64,000 bases of DNA, taken from contig CAWKDX010000009.1 in assembly GCA_963848485.1 (NCBI GenBank), forward strand, positions 324,954 through 388,953, given 5' to 3'. Below, one piece after another: positions 21,044 through 32,762 of this stretch. A program made the translations under genes and the position numbers. Source of the DNA: an uncultured Acidimicrobiia bacterium. GTDB taxonomy: Bacteria > Actinomycetota > Acidimicrobiia > IMCC26256 > JAENVU01. The notes under the pieces were generated by a model, which was not told where the DNA came from, made no database searches, and saw only the letters and a program-made list of their open reading frames with translations. Each line of letters starts with the position of its first letter. Positions within the stretch are counted from its first letter, which is position 1.

Positions 21044-22205
21044 TCAGCGGGTGCCGAGGAGGAGCTCGGTGACGAGCTGGTCGAGCCGCTCGTGGCCCCA
21101 GCCGATCGCGGCGAGCTCGTCGACGTCGACCGTCTCCTTGCGCAGCCGCGTGAACCGGTCCTCACCGTTCTCGGGCAGCGTCGGCTCGCTCAGCTGGTCC
21201 ACCTGCGCGACGGCGAGCGCCTCCTGGATCTCGACGTCCTCGGCGAAGCGCTCGGCCTTCTCCTTGAGCATCAGGTAGGTGCGCATGCAGCCGCGGGCGA
21301 AGTCCCACACGCCGTCGGCATCCTCGGTGCGGTACGCGTGCGCATCGAAGTGGCGCATGCCGTCCCACTCCGCGTCCTCGAGCAGCTTCACGAGGTAGAA
21401 CGCGTCCTTCACGCCCTCGGAGCCGAACCGGAAGTCCTGGTCGTACTTCCCGGGCACCTGGCCGTTGAGGTCGATGTGGAAGAGCTTGTCCGCCCACAGC
21501 ACCTGCGCGACCGCGTGGTGGAACGACAGTCCGCTCATCGTCTCGTGCGCGAACTCCGGGTTCAGCCCGACCATCTCGGGGAACTCGAGCTCGTGGATGA
21601 ACGCGAGCGCGTGGCCGACGGTCGGCAGCAGCAGGTTGCCGCGCGGCTCGTTCGGCTTCGGCTCGAGCGCGATCTCCATGACCCAGCCGCGCTCGGTGAT
21701 GTACGCGCAGCACACGTTGACGGCTTCCGCGTAGCAGTCGAGCGCCGCGGGGATGTCCTTCGCCGCGTCGGACTCGACGCCCTCGCGCCCACCCCACAGC
21801 ACGAACACCGCGGCGCCGAGCTCGGCCGCGAGGTCGATCGCGTCGAGCGTCTTGCGCAACGCGTGGCGGCGGACCCTGCGGGTCGTTCGCGGTGAACGCA
21901 CCGTCTTTGAACACCGGCTGCGAGAACAGGTTCACCGTGGCCATCGGCACCTGCATGTCGGTGTCGTCCAGCACCGCGCGGAACCGCTTCAGGATGTCCT
22001 CGCGCTCACTCGCGCTCGAGCCGGGCGGGATCAGGTCGTCGTCGTGGAAGCTGACGCCGTACGCGCCGAGCTCGGCGAGCCGCTGCACCGTCTCGACCGG
22101 GTCCAGGGCGGGCCGGGTCTCGTGACCGAACGGGTCACGACCCCGGTTCCCGACCGTCCAGAGGCCGAACGTGAAGTGATCCTCGGGTGTCGGTTCATAC
22201 GTCAC
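21044..22205 (-). CDS. xylA: Xylose isomerase (class I, actinobacterial type), one frameshift near 21885
   Basis: [37 protein letters not shown] (ORF 21162..22205). ..[52 protein letters not shown] (ORF 21044..21901). Confidence 0.9.
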
Positions 22206-22500
22206 CCGAGGATCACTATCACTGGCGGGCCGCTTCTACCAACGCGCCGCCGGTTCCGGCGCGCGACCGCCTGCTGGATGCCGACGGCGCAGTGCAGTGC
22301 GTCGCTCGCACCCGTGAACACCGCGATCATCCCGTCGCCGGTGTGCTTGGCCACCTCGCCGTGGCGCGCCGTCACCTGCTCGCGAGCAACCGGTCGTGCT
22401 CGAGGCGGATGCCGTCGAACCGATCTTCACCCGTCTGCACCCGGAGCGCCGTCGAGCCCACCAGGTCGGTGACGAGCAAGGTCACGACGCTGGTGGTCAT
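22202..22500 (-). pseudogene. Truncated class-III adenylate/guanylate-cyclase-homology-domain fragment (first ~85-95 aa only), one frameshift
   Basis: ATG 22500: MTTSVVTLLVTDLVGSTALRVQTGEDRFDGIRLEHDRLLASR / VTARHGEVAKHTGDGMIAVFTGASDALHCAVGIQQAVAR.. then runs out. A TGA at 22202-22204 overlaps the xylA GTG (GTGA). This is less than half of a normal cyclase domain. Confidence 0.4.
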
Positions 22501-22660
22501 CCCGTCCCGCCCATGACATCGGGCCCATTGCGCCCACCGATCTCACGCCGTCCCGCCCCGGTCCCGGGAAGACGTGAGGCCCCTGATACGGCCACGCGCC
22601 GGGGAGGATCTCGTCGGCGTCAGTGACGCATGACCACATGACCGCGTAGGGTCACGGACC

Positions 22661-23414
22661 GTGACGCAACCACCGCCTCCCCCGCCGCCGGTCACCCCAC
22701 CCCCGCCGCCGTACCAACCACCGCCGTACCAGCCGCCGGTCCAACCCGCCCTCCCGCTCCCGCCGGTGGACCGGGTGCGCAACGCGTACCTGCGCCGCAA
22801 CGAGACGGACTACATCTTCGACTTCTGGACCGCGTTCGGATGGTCGCTGCTGACGTGCGGCATCTACCTGATCTACGTCGTGTACCAGCTGGTGCGGCGC
22901 TCCCGTGATCACAACGTGCGCCGGCTCGAGCTCCTCGAAGCCGCGAACGCGGTCGCGTGGGAGCGTGCGGTCGCGCAGGGCCTGACCGAGGAGCTGCACG
23001 GCAACTTCGAGAAGGTCGCGGCTCACCTCGAAGGGCTGCGCCGGCTCACGCACGAGTTCCGCGACCCGGTGGTGTGGCTCGTGCTCGCCGATCATCGCCC
23101 GCGGGATCGTCGAGATCGTCGCGTTCGTGCTGCTCGACGGCGACCTCGTGAAGCACGACTACGACGAGGGCGGGGCGGAGAACGAGCTCGCGTTCATCTT
23201 CACCCGGCTCGGCACCCCGGTCGACCATCCCGACCCCGGCCGCCTGCACCAGCCCGAGAACTACGTCGGCCGGATCCTCGCCGCGGTCTTCACCTGTGGC
23301 GTCTACACGTTGTTCTGGCTCTACAACATCATGGACGACGGCAACCGGCACTTCGCCACGAACTGGGTCTGGGAGGACTCACTCGCCCAAGCCGTGCAGC
23401 AGGGCCAATCGTGA
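22661..23414 (+). CDS. Proline-rich N-terminus / DUF4234-like membrane protein, one frameshift near 23090
   Basis: MTQPPPPPPPVTPPPPPYQPPPYQPPVQP.. then ..FWTAFGWSLLTCGIYLIYVVYQLVRR (ORF 22661..23725) and ..RILAAVFTCGVYTLFWLYNIMDDGNRHF (ORF 23127..23414). The two G.Y..(F/Y)W.Y-type hydrophobic motifs recall DUF4234. Confidence 0.55.
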
Positions 23415-23429
23415 GCCCGAGCGCGCCGA

Positions 23430-24533
23430 GTGACGGAGGTCGACGCGCTGCTCGACCCGGGCGCGGCGCGAGATCGACTCCGGGCTCCTGCCGGCCGTGC
23501 CAGATCGCGATCGCCCGTCACGGCGAGCTCGAGGTCTTCGAGACGCTCGGCGACGCGACCGACGACACCCGCTTCGTCGTCTTCTCCGCGACCAAGGCGT
23601 TCGTCGCGTCGGCCTTCTGGATGGTCATCGCGCGACGGTCTGGTCGACGAGCACCAGCTCGTCACGGACTTCATCCCGGAGTTCGCGACCAACGGCAAGG
23701 ACGTCGATCACCGTCGAGCAGGTGATGCTGCACACCTCGGGCTTCCCGTACGCGCCGCTCGGCCCGCCGCAGCAGTGGACTCGCGAGGGCCGGGTCGAGA
23801 AGTTCGCGAGCTGGCGGCTGAACTGGGAGCCCGGCTCGACCTTCGAGTACCACCCGACGTCCGCGCACTGGGTGCTGGCCGAGATCATGGACCGGGTCAC
23901 CGGCGAGGACTACCGCGACTTCATCGAGCGCCGCGATCACCGCGCCGATCGGTCTGCCCCGCGTGCTCGGCGCGCCCGAGTCCGAGCCAGGACGGCGTGG
24001 CCGCACCTCCGCAACGTCGGAGACGTCGCCACGCCGGACGAGCTCGAAGCGGTGCTCGGCGTGCGCGAGCTCCCGTTCAGCGACGTGACCGCGGACGCGC
24101 TGCTCGCGTTCAACTCGCCGACGGCTGCGCGCGCTCGGCGTGCCGGGTGGCGGTGGCGTGATGCGCGCGTCGGATCGTCGTGCGCTTCTACCAGGCGCTG
24201 CTCCACAACCCCGAGGGGATGTGGGACCCGGCGGTGCTCGCGGACGGGACGGGCACCGTGCGCAACCACCTGCCCGACCGGTGGACCGGGATACCTGCGA
24301 ACCGCTCGCTCGGGCTCGTCATCGCAGGCGACGACGGCCTCGCGAACCGCCGCGGCTTCGGGCACACCGGCTCGCCGCGGTCGTTCGGCCACGACGGCGC
24401 GGGCGGCCAGATCGCGTGGGCCGATCCCGAGAGCGGGATCTCGTTCGCGTACCTGACGAACGGCATGGATCAGCACGTGATCCGTCAGGGCCGGCGCGGC
24501 ATCGCGCTCTCGAGCCTCGCCGCCGTCTGCTAG
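23430..24533 (+). CDS. Serine hydrolase, beta-lactamase/transpeptidase-like family, about 5-6 frameshifts
   Basis: ..AVQIAIARHGELEVFETLGDATDDTRFVVFSATKAF (SxxK), ..ITVEQVMLHTSGFPY, ..FEYHPTSAHWVLAEIMDRVTGEDYRDFI, ..FGHTGSPRSFGHDGAGGQIAWADPESGISFAYLTNG (ORFs 23430.., 23497.., 24180..24533). Confidence 0.7.
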
Positions 24534-24543
24534 CTCCGGCCCG

Positions 24544-25521
24544 ATGAGGCGCTGGTACCGGCCGCGGCGGCATCGTGGTCGTCGCGGTCGTCTGGTCGCG
24601 CTCGTGGTGCCGGCGCCGGTGGGTCCGCGTTGGCCGGTGCCGGCTCATGCCCGCGGTGACGGCACGCGCCCCGTCGTACGCAGTGGGCACCCGAAGCGCC
24701 GTGCTTCGTGGACCCGAGCCGCCCGACCGCGGCGCACGGCCTCTACCGCGCGACGCGCCAGCCGCACGCCTGCCGACGCTGATCCTGTACCCGGCGCCGC
24801 CGCCACACCCCTGGCTGACTGCGCCGCCGGCTCGGCGGGGCGCGACCGTTCCCGCTCGTGGTCTTCTCGCACGGCTTCCTGGGGAGCGGCCCGTTCTCCG
24901 AGGCCTTCCTCCAACGCATCGCCGCGCACGGCTACGTCGTCGCCGCACCGACGTTCCCGCTCACGAGCGGCGCGGCGCCCGGCGAGGCCGACCGAAGCCG
25001 ACGTGGTCAACCAACCCGCCGACGTCCGGTTCGTGATCGACCGCATGCTGCGGATGAACGGCGGCCGGGCCCGCTGCACGGGCTCATCGACCCGAACGAG
25101 ATCGCCGCGGCCGGGCAGTCGCTCGGCGCGATGACGACGCTCGGGGTCACCTACGCCCGCGGCATCTCCGACCCGCGCATCAAGGCGGCGGTGTCGATCT
25201 CGGGCCGGCGCATCCGCGTTTCCCGGCGGGACCTGGACCTGGCCCCGCGTGCCGTTGCTGCTGATCCACGGGACGAGGACGAGACGGTGCCGTACCGCGG
25301 GAGCACCAAGGTCTACGCAGAGGCGAGAGCCGCCGAAGTTCCTGCTGACCATGCTCGGCGCGCCCACACGCTGTTCGGGCCGCAGTACGTGGACCACGTC
25401 TCGCGGGCCGTCAACGAGTTCCTCGACCGCTACCTCCGCCACGACCGACGCGCGCTCACGCCGGCTCGAGCGCACGGGCCGCGCGGCGCGGGGTCAGCAG
25501 CTCGAGTCGGACCCGCGCTGA
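24544..25521 (+). CDS. Secreted alpha/beta hydrolase (PAF-acetylhydrolase/chlorophyllase-like), about 6 frameshifts; both ends uncertain
   Basis: ..YAVGTRSAVL.., ..VVFSHGFLGSGPFSEAFLQRIAAHGYVVAAPTFP.., ..ADVRFVIDRMLRMNG.., nucleophile elbow ..IAAAGQSLGAMTT.., ..VPLLLIHGT.. and ..VSRAVNEFLDRYLRHD, scattered over ORFs 24544.., 24575.., 24858.. and 25249..25521. Confidence 0.55.
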
Positions 25522-25610
25522 CCGCGACCGGCAGCTCGACCCTGACACGGATGTCAGGAGTGCGCGAGGCTGCGGGAAGTCGTGGTCGACGTCGAGACGA
25601 GGGGGATCTG

Positions 25611-26789
25611 ATGGCCGGTGCGCTCGATGGAGTGCGCATCCTGGACTGTCCTGGGGCATCGCCGGACCGCTCGGCGTCATGCTGCTGGCCGAGCAGGGAG
25701 CCGACGTCATCAAGGTCGAGCCGCCGGGCGGTGATCCGTTCCGCTCGTACTCGGGGTACTCCGTGTGGAACCGGTCCCGCCGCTCGGTGACCGTCGACCT
25801 CAAGCGGCCCGGACGGGCTCGAGGCGATGCTGCGCGCTCGTCGACGACGCCGACGTGCTGGTGGAGACCTACCGGCCCGGCGTCACCGACCGGCTCGGGA
25901 TCGGGTACGACGCGCTGCACGCGCGCAACCCGAAGCTCGTCTACTGCTCCTGCCCCGGCTATCCCGAAGGGCACCGGTTCGCGCAACGACCGGGCTACGA
26001 CGCGCTCGTCCAGGCGAGCAGCGGCCAGCAATGGGAGCAGCCGGGTTGGCGCATGGGCCCGATCTTCCTGCACATGCCGATGCCGAGCATGGGCGCGGCG
26101 TTCCTCATCCCGACCGGGATCCTCGCCGCGCTCGTCGCGCGGGAGGAGACCGGGCGCGGCCAGCACGTCACCACGTCGCTCTACCAGGGGTCGATGCTCT
26201 ACACGACGCAGGTCTGGCAGCACGTCGAGAAGGCGCCGGCCGCGTTCCACGACCTCATGGGCAAGACGTACCCGCCGGGCATCCACCAGCAGATGCTCTT
26301 CGAGGTCGCGAACGGCGAGTGGGTGCACGCGTCGGTGATGAGCGGGCTCACGCCGAAGGCGAGCCAGGACGAGCTGCTCGGGCTCGAGGACCCGCCCGAC
26401 CCGCTGACGTTCCTCACGATGCCGCCGGAGGAGCGCGACAAGTTCACCGTGAAGCGACGGGAGGCGTACCTCGACCACGACCGCGACGAGCTCGTCGCGG
26501 AGTTCCAGGCGAACAACCACACGATCGAGGCCGTCATCACGATGGAGGAGGCACTCGGCGCGGGTGGGCACCCGCATCCCCAGCTGGTCGCGAACGGGAT
26601 GGTGGCCGAAGTCGACGATCCCGAGCTCGGGCCCGACGACCCAGATCGGCGTGCCGATCAACCTGCTCGGGACGCCCGGCGCGATCCAGGGGCCCGCAAC
26701 CCCAGCCCGGTGAGCACAACATCGAGATCTTCGGGCTGCTCGGCTTCAGCGACGCCGAGATCGCCGCGTTCAGTGGAGAGGTGGACTGA
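25611..26789 (+). CDS. Family III CoA-transferase (CaiB/BaiF family), about 4 frameshifts
   Basis: MAGALDGVRILD..GPLGVMLLAEQGADVIKVEPPGGDPFR..VLVETYRPGVTDRLGIGYDALHARNPKLVYCSCPGY.. (ORFs 25679.., 25765..26868, 25827..26789). The stop TGA overlaps the ATG of the next CoA-transferase (TGATG). Confidence 0.8.
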
Positions 26790-27995
26790 TGGGTGCCCTC
26801 GAAGGCGTACGGGTCATCGACTTCGGCCAGTACCTGGCCGGGCCGTTCGGGCCCATGATCCTGAGTGACATCGGCGCCGAGGTCATCAAGGTCGAGCCCG
26901 TGACGGGTGACGGGATGCGGCTCGCGGGCAAGCCGTTCTTCGCGTGCCAGCGCGGCAAGCGCGACATCTCGCTCGACCTCAAGTCGCCGAAGGGCGTGGA
27001 GATCGCGCTCGAGCTGGTCGAGCGCGCGGACATCGTGCACCACAACATGACCGCGGGCGTCGCGAACCGGCTCGGCATCGGCTACGAGGAGTGCAAGCGG
27101 GTCAACCCCGACGTCGTCTACTGCAACACCTGGGCGTACGGGCTCGAGGGTCCGCTCGCCCACTTCGGTGGCCTCGACCCGCTGTACCAGGCGTCGGCCG
27201 GGCTCGAGTACGAAGCGGGCGCGACCCACACCGGCAACGCGCCGCTGTACTACCGCTTCGGGATGTGCGACGCGGCGAACGCGATGCTCTCGGTCGTCGG
27301 CGTCCTCGCGGCGCTCTTCCACCAGCGTCGCACCGGCGAGGGCCAGGAGCTGTGGACGTCGCTCATGGACGGCGGCGCGGTGTTCGCGTCCGACGCGTTG
27401 CTCGTCGACGGCGAAGCGGTGCGCGCGGCCTCGCCTGGACCAGGGTCTGCACGGGACCGGTGCGTGCTACCGCCTCTACGAGACCCAGGACGGTTGGATC
27501 CAGATCGCCGCGGTGAAGGAGTCCGAGTGGATCGCGCTGTGCGGCGCGCTCGGCCTTCCGCATCTCGCCGACGACTCCCGGTTCGCGGTCGCGGATCTCC
27601 GGCGCGAGAACCGCGAAGCGCTCGAGGCGATCCTCGAGCCTCGCTTCCTCGAGAAGACCCAGCTCACGTGGGCGAACGCGTTCAACGAAGCCGGAGTGCC
27701 CAACGAGATCCCCGTCGACACGAAGGCCGGCGACCTCGTGCTGTTCGATGCGGACAACGAGCGGCTCGGGCTCGTGGCCGAGTACGAGCACCCGATCATG
27801 GGGAACCTCCGCCAGTTCGGGGACCTGATCCAGTTCTCCGACGCGCCCAGCACCATCGACACCCCGCCGCCCCGCGTCGGCGAGAACACCCGGGAGATCC
27901 TGGCGTGGCTCGGCTACGACGACGCGCAGATCGACACGTTGAAGGCGGACAACATCGTGAACTGGCCCGAGGCCGAGTACCCCTGGGTGATCTGA
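26789..27995 (+). CDS. Family III CoA-transferase (CaiB/BaiF family), one frameshift near 27425
   Basis: MGALEGVRVIDFGQYLAGPFGPMILSDIGAEVIKVEPVTGDGMR..ADIVHHNMTAGVANRLGIGYEE (ORF 26789..28048). ..GACYRLYETQDGWIQIAA..PRVGENTREILAWLGYDDAQI (ORF 27168..27995). Confidence 0.85.
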
Positions 27996-29149
27996 TCAGG
28001 CTCCGAGCTCGCCGCCGGGGTTGGCCACGATCGGTGGGTCCGGGTTGACCGATCCCCTCCCGCCGCGCGCCTTCCACCGGAGCGCCGGCCGCTCCACCGT
28101 GAACCAGCTCACCACTGCGAGCGGCACGACGAAGGCCAAGGTGAGGACGATGTACACGCCCACGCCCCACCGGTTCCACACGCGCAGGGCCAGGAGCTGC
28201 TGGACCGGGAACGCGTAGAGGTAGATGCCGTACGACAGGTCGCCGTGCGCCTCGAGATCGCGGATCGGCAGCTCGAGCCCGAGATACACCAGTACGTAGG
28301 CGAACGGGATCAGCCCGCCGTAGTCGAGCCAGCCGGCGTACAGGCTCGCAACGCTCAGGATCAACGCGACGACAAACCAGCTCCGCAGCATCGGGATCCG
28401 GTCGCTGAAGCTGAAGCACGTGACTCCGAGCGCGAACGCGGCGACGACCCGCATCGACAGCGGGTTCACGGAGATCCACTGCGTGATCTGGACGACCGTG
28501 GTGTTGTCGACCACGTACGCGAGCGCGACGAGCGCGCCCGCGGCGAGCACCGCAATGACGACCCGGCGCGCCTTCACCAGGAGGCCACACAGGCCCAGGA
28601 CGAGCACGCCGAGGTAGCAGGCGAATTCGTAGAACAACGTCCAGAGCGAGCCGTCCAGCTGGCCCACCGGAGGCGTGAAGTACGGGACACCGTTCAGCGT
28701 GCCGCGGATGCCGTCCTGGGCCCGGAACAGCGCGAAGTTGTCGACCAGGTACCCACCGGCCGAGTTGCGGCCGACGATCGGGAACCCGCTCAGCGTCCCG
28801 TGCAGCGTCCGCCAACCGAGCGGGCGCGATCACGAACGCGATGACGACGAGGCAGACCCAGAAGCCCGGGAAGATCCGCAGCACGCGGTGCCGGAGGAAC
28901 ACGCGGGGCTTGGGCCGGCGGACCCAGCTCCTCGCGATCGAGCAGCCCACTGAGCACGAAGAAGCCGACGACGGCGACCGTCCCGAGGGTGTTGCGGTTG
29001 TGGCCGAAGCCGACCAGCGGCTCGGCACCGAACCCGCCGAGCACCCAGGCGTGCGAGACGAGGACGGCCAGCGCCAGGAGCAACCGGAGCAGGCCGATCC
29101 CGTTGGGACCGCCGTCCAGCTGCTCGCCCAGCGTCGACCCTGATGGCAC
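27996..29149 (-). CDS. Acyltransferase family 3 (OafA-like) integral membrane protein, about 3 frameshifts
   Basis: GTG 29149: VPSGSTLGEQLDGGPNGIGLLRLLLALAVLVSHAWVLGG..VAVVGFFVLSGLL / IARSW..VFLRHRVLRIFPGFWVCLVVIAF / ..DGSLWTLFYEFACYLGVL..GDLSYGIYLYAFPVQQLL (ORFs 28790..29653, 27796..30072, 27996..28667). Confidence 0.75.
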
Positions 29150-29207
29150 TGGCCGAGGGTACCCGAACCCCCCGAATCGCCCGAGGCCGAACGCCGATCC
29201 GGCGGTG

Positions 29208-30072
29208 CTAGGCGGCCGGGCTCTCGTGGATGCCGCTCGCGTCGTGCGGTCCCGCGGCGTCGGGGTCGAGCAGGAACATGACTGCTTCGAAGCGCTGGGC
29301 GTGGGCGATCGCGTTCGCCGCGGGCGTGGCGAACCGTCCGAGCAGGGCCGAGTCGGCATCGGTGAACCGGTCCGAGGCGTCGGCGTCGAGCGTGATGAGA
29401 CCGAGCAGACGCCCGTCGCGCAGCAGCGGGATGCAGAGCACCGAGACCGTCCCGGAGTTGAGCAGCGCGGGTTCTTGCGGGTGCGGCCCACGACCCGGAG
29501 CAGGTCGTCGTTCGGCTCGCCGGCTCGGACTGCTCCCGTCCGGTCGACGTCGACCTGGGTCGCGACCGGCCGCAGGTCACCGTCGTCGTCGGCGAGCCAC
29601 AAGCGACGCGCTGCGCCGCGCCGACGAGCCGGCAGGCCTGTTCGCCGACACACGTGAGCACCTCGTCGAGCTCGAGCGAGGCGTGCACGGCTTCGGTCGC
29701 GTCGGCGACCAAGGCGGACTGCAGCATCGTCGCGGCCAGCGCAGCATCGAGGTCGTGGACGTCGCGACCAAGGCGGCTGAGCCGCTTGAGGTGCTGCTCC
29801 TTGTCGTACAGGTAGGCCGCGCTGATGACCCCGAAGCCGATCAGCGCGAATCGGGCGATGTCCGGGTCGATCCAGCTGCGGTCACGGAACGACGTCCACA
29901 CGTCGTTCGCCACGGTGGTGAAGAGCAGTCCCACGAGCACGACCACCGCGAGCAGGAACATCTGGCGCCGTCTCCGGTGGATCTCCTCGGCGCTGACCGT
30001 GCCGTCGGCGTCGAGGTTGGTCACCCGCTCTTCCCGGGTGATCTCGTCTCGCAGGTCTTCGATCGTGGACAC
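29208..30072 (-). CDS. Membrane-anchored GAF-domain protein, about 2 frameshifts
   Basis: MSTIEDLRDEITREE..FLLAVVVLVGLLFTTVANDVW..FALIGFGVISAAYLY (two TM helices, ORF 27796..30072 N-terminus). ..LDEVLTCVGEQACRLVGA.. then ..LCIPLLRDGRLLGLITLDADASDRFTDADSALLGRFATPAANAIAHAQRFE (ORF 29208..29441), which is GAF-like. Confidence 0.6.
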
Positions 30073-30161
30073 GGCCGCTCCGTCTCATCGGCCTCTCCCC
30101 GGGGACGTATCGGCCAAAGCGCCCCGATGCTTTACCCATCCCGTGGCGTAGCGTCGAGCCG

Positions 30162-31015
30162 ATGAACGATCCGGGCTTCGGGCTCCTCGGGGCCGCCGAC
30201 CTCACGGCGATCACCGCCCTCTGCGCAAGCGTCCCTGGTCGATCCGCCGAGCCATCGACGAGCTCGAGCGCACGCTCTTCGCGCCGGAGCAACCCGCGGT
30301 CGTCCGGGGCGACCCCGACGTCGGTCTGGTCGCGACCGTCGAGGGCAGCGCGGCCGCCGGCGCGGCCGGCCAGGGGTTCATCCGGATCCTCGTGGTGGCC
30401 CGCGAGCACCGGGGCCGCGGCATCGGCCGGGCCCTGGTCGCGGCCGGCGGAGGCGGACGTCGCGCGCCGCGGGTCTCACCTCCGTGACGACCGGCGCAGA
30501 CGGGCCGTTCTACCTCTACCCCGGGGTCGAGTCCCGCGAGACCGCGCTGCTGTGCCTGCTCGAGCGGCTGCGCTACGGGCGGGTCGAGGCGAACTTCAAC
30601 ATGGACGTCGATCTCGAGTCGATGCCGCCGGACCCCGGCGGCTGGTCCACGCGCCGGTCCCGCCGACCGCGACGAGATCCAGGCCTGGGGCGCGCAGCAC
30701 TGGGCGAACTGGGAGCACGAGCTCGTCCGCGCCGCCGAGCGCGACACGCTCGTGATCGCCCGCGACGACGACGGGATCTCGGCCGTCTGCGCGTACGACG
30801 TCAACCGGGCCGGGTGGATCGGTCCCGTCGCGGTGCGCCCGGACCTGCTCGGCCGGGGCGTCGGTGTCGCCCCGCTGCTCGGCGCGCTCCACCGGATGCG
30901 CGCGTCCGGGCGGACCCGGGCCGAGATCGGCTGGGTCGGACCGGTCGTCCCCTACGCCCGCATCGGCGCGACCGTCGGCCGGGTGTTCTTCGTCCACCGC
31001 AAGGAGCTTCGGTGA
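30162..31015 (+). CDS. GNAT family N-acetyltransferase, about 4 frameshifts
   Basis: MNDPGFGLLGAADLTAITALCA.., ..ILVVAREHRGRGIGRALV.., ..TTGADGPFYLYPGVESRETALLCLLERLRY.. (ORF 30484..), ..VIARDDDGISAVCAYDVNRAGWIGPVAVRPDLLGRGVGVAPLLGAL (ORF 30752..31015). The stop overlaps the GH20 GTG (GTGA). Confidence 0.65.
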
Positions 31016-32739
31016 ACCTGCTGCCCGTCCCCCGCCACGTCGATCTGCTCGACCGCACCGTGGCTGCGTCGGAGCCACGCGTGACGCTCGGTGCACCCGG
31101 GCATCCCGGCCGAGGGCTACACGATCACGGATCGACGCCGACGGCACGGTGACGTCGACGCCGCGGACCCGGCCGGCGACGTTCTACCGCGCGCGACGCT
31201 CGCGCAGCTCGGCTCGCCTGCACGACGGCGCGCTGCCCGGTCGGCGAAGATCCGCGACTGGCCCGACATCCCGATCCGCTCGGTGATGCTCGACATCGCG
31301 CGGGACAAGGTGCCGACGATGGAGACGCTCTTCGCGCTCGTCGACCGGCTCGCGTCGTGGAAGGTCAACCAGATCCAGCTCTACTCCGAGCACACCTTCG
31401 CCTACCGCGACCACGAGGTCGTGTGGCGCGACGCGAGCCCGATGACCGCCGAGGAGATCCGCGCGGTCGACGCGTACTGCACCGAGCGCCACATCGAGCT
31501 CGTGCCGAACCAGAACTGCCTCGGGCCACATGGGTCGCTGGCTCGCCCACGACGAGTACCGGCACCTCGCGATGGCTCCGACCCCGGACCAGCCGGATCG
31601 CGCGCCGACCACGATCGAGCCGACCAACCCCGCCGCGCTCGCGCTCGTGCGCGACCTGCTGAGCGAGCTGCTGCCCAACTTCTCGCACGAGCGCTACGTG
31701 AACGTCGGGCTCGACGAGCCGTGGGAGATGCCGCCGGAGCGGATCGACGACTACCTCGAGTGGATGCGGGTCGCTGCGCGCGCTGCCCGAGCTCGGCGAG
31801 CGCGAGCTGCTGATCTGGGGCGACATCCTCGCCGGCGAGCCCGAGCACATCGCCGCGCTGCCGGACGGCGTCACCGTCTGCGAGTGGGGCTACGACGCGG
31901 GCTACCCGTTCGACGCCCGGGCCGCGACCTACGCGGCTGCCGGCCGGCCGTGCTGGACCGCGCCGGGGACGTCGAGCTGGCTCACGATCCTCGGCCGGAC
32001 GACGAACATGCGCGCGACGATCGCCGAGGCCGTCGACGCCACCATCGCGCACGGCGGCGACGGTGTCCTCAACACCGACTGGGGCGACCAGGGCCACCTC
32101 CAGTACCTGCCGATCAGCGATCCGGGGCTCGCCTACGGCGCCGCCGTGGCGTGGTGCGCGGCGACGAACCGCGACCTCGACCTCGGCGCCGCGCTGTCCG
32201 CCCACTGCTACGACGACCCGACCGGCGTGCTCGGCGAGACGCTCGTCGCGCTCGGCGACGTCTACCTCGGCATCACGCCGCAGATGGGCAACGTCTCCGC
32301 GCTCGTCCTGCCGCTGTACTGGCCCCAGCTCGTCTCGGGCCGGTGGCCGTTGAAGGGCGCGAGCGCGGACGAGTACGAGGCGGTCGAGATGGAGCTCGGA
32401 CTGCTCCGCGACGACGCTCGACCCACGCCCGGCCCGGTCGAGCCGACGGCGAGCTGGTGCTCGACGAGCTGCGCAACGCGATCGCGCTGGTGTCGCTGCT
32501 GGCTCGCGACGGCCGCGCGCGCGCGTCGAGGGGGACGGGACCCTCGCGTCGATCCCGCAGCGCACGCGCACACGGCTTCGCCGAGGACCTCCGCCCGGTG
32601 ATGGCGGAGCACGAGCGCCTGTGGCTCGCCGCGCAACCGGCCCGGCGGGCTCACCGACTCACTCGCGTGGTTGACCCACCTCGAGGGTTGCTACGAGACC
32701 GGCCAGGCCGACTTCACCTGGAACGGCGTCCACACCTAG
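31012..32739 (+). CDS. Glycoside hydrolase family 20 (beta-N-acetylhexosaminidase-like), about 6 frameshifts
   Basis: ..IRDWPDIPIRSVMLDIARDKVPTMETLFALVDRLASWKVNQIQLYSEHTFAY..ELVPNQNCLG (ORF 31091..). ..YVNVGLDEPWEM with the GxDE catalytic pair (ORF 31530..). ..VLNTDWGDQGHLQYLPIS.. (ORF 32008..). End ..ETGQADFTWNGVHT-TAG 32737-32739. Confidence 0.75.
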
Positions 32740-32762
32740 CGAACCGCCAACGCCGCCGGCGA

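Noticed and set aside
27993-27998. Back-to-back convergent stop codons forming TGATCA
   Set aside because: It is real but unremarkable: two convergent genes with no spacer. No associated hairpin or repeat was found, so it is not reported as a feature.
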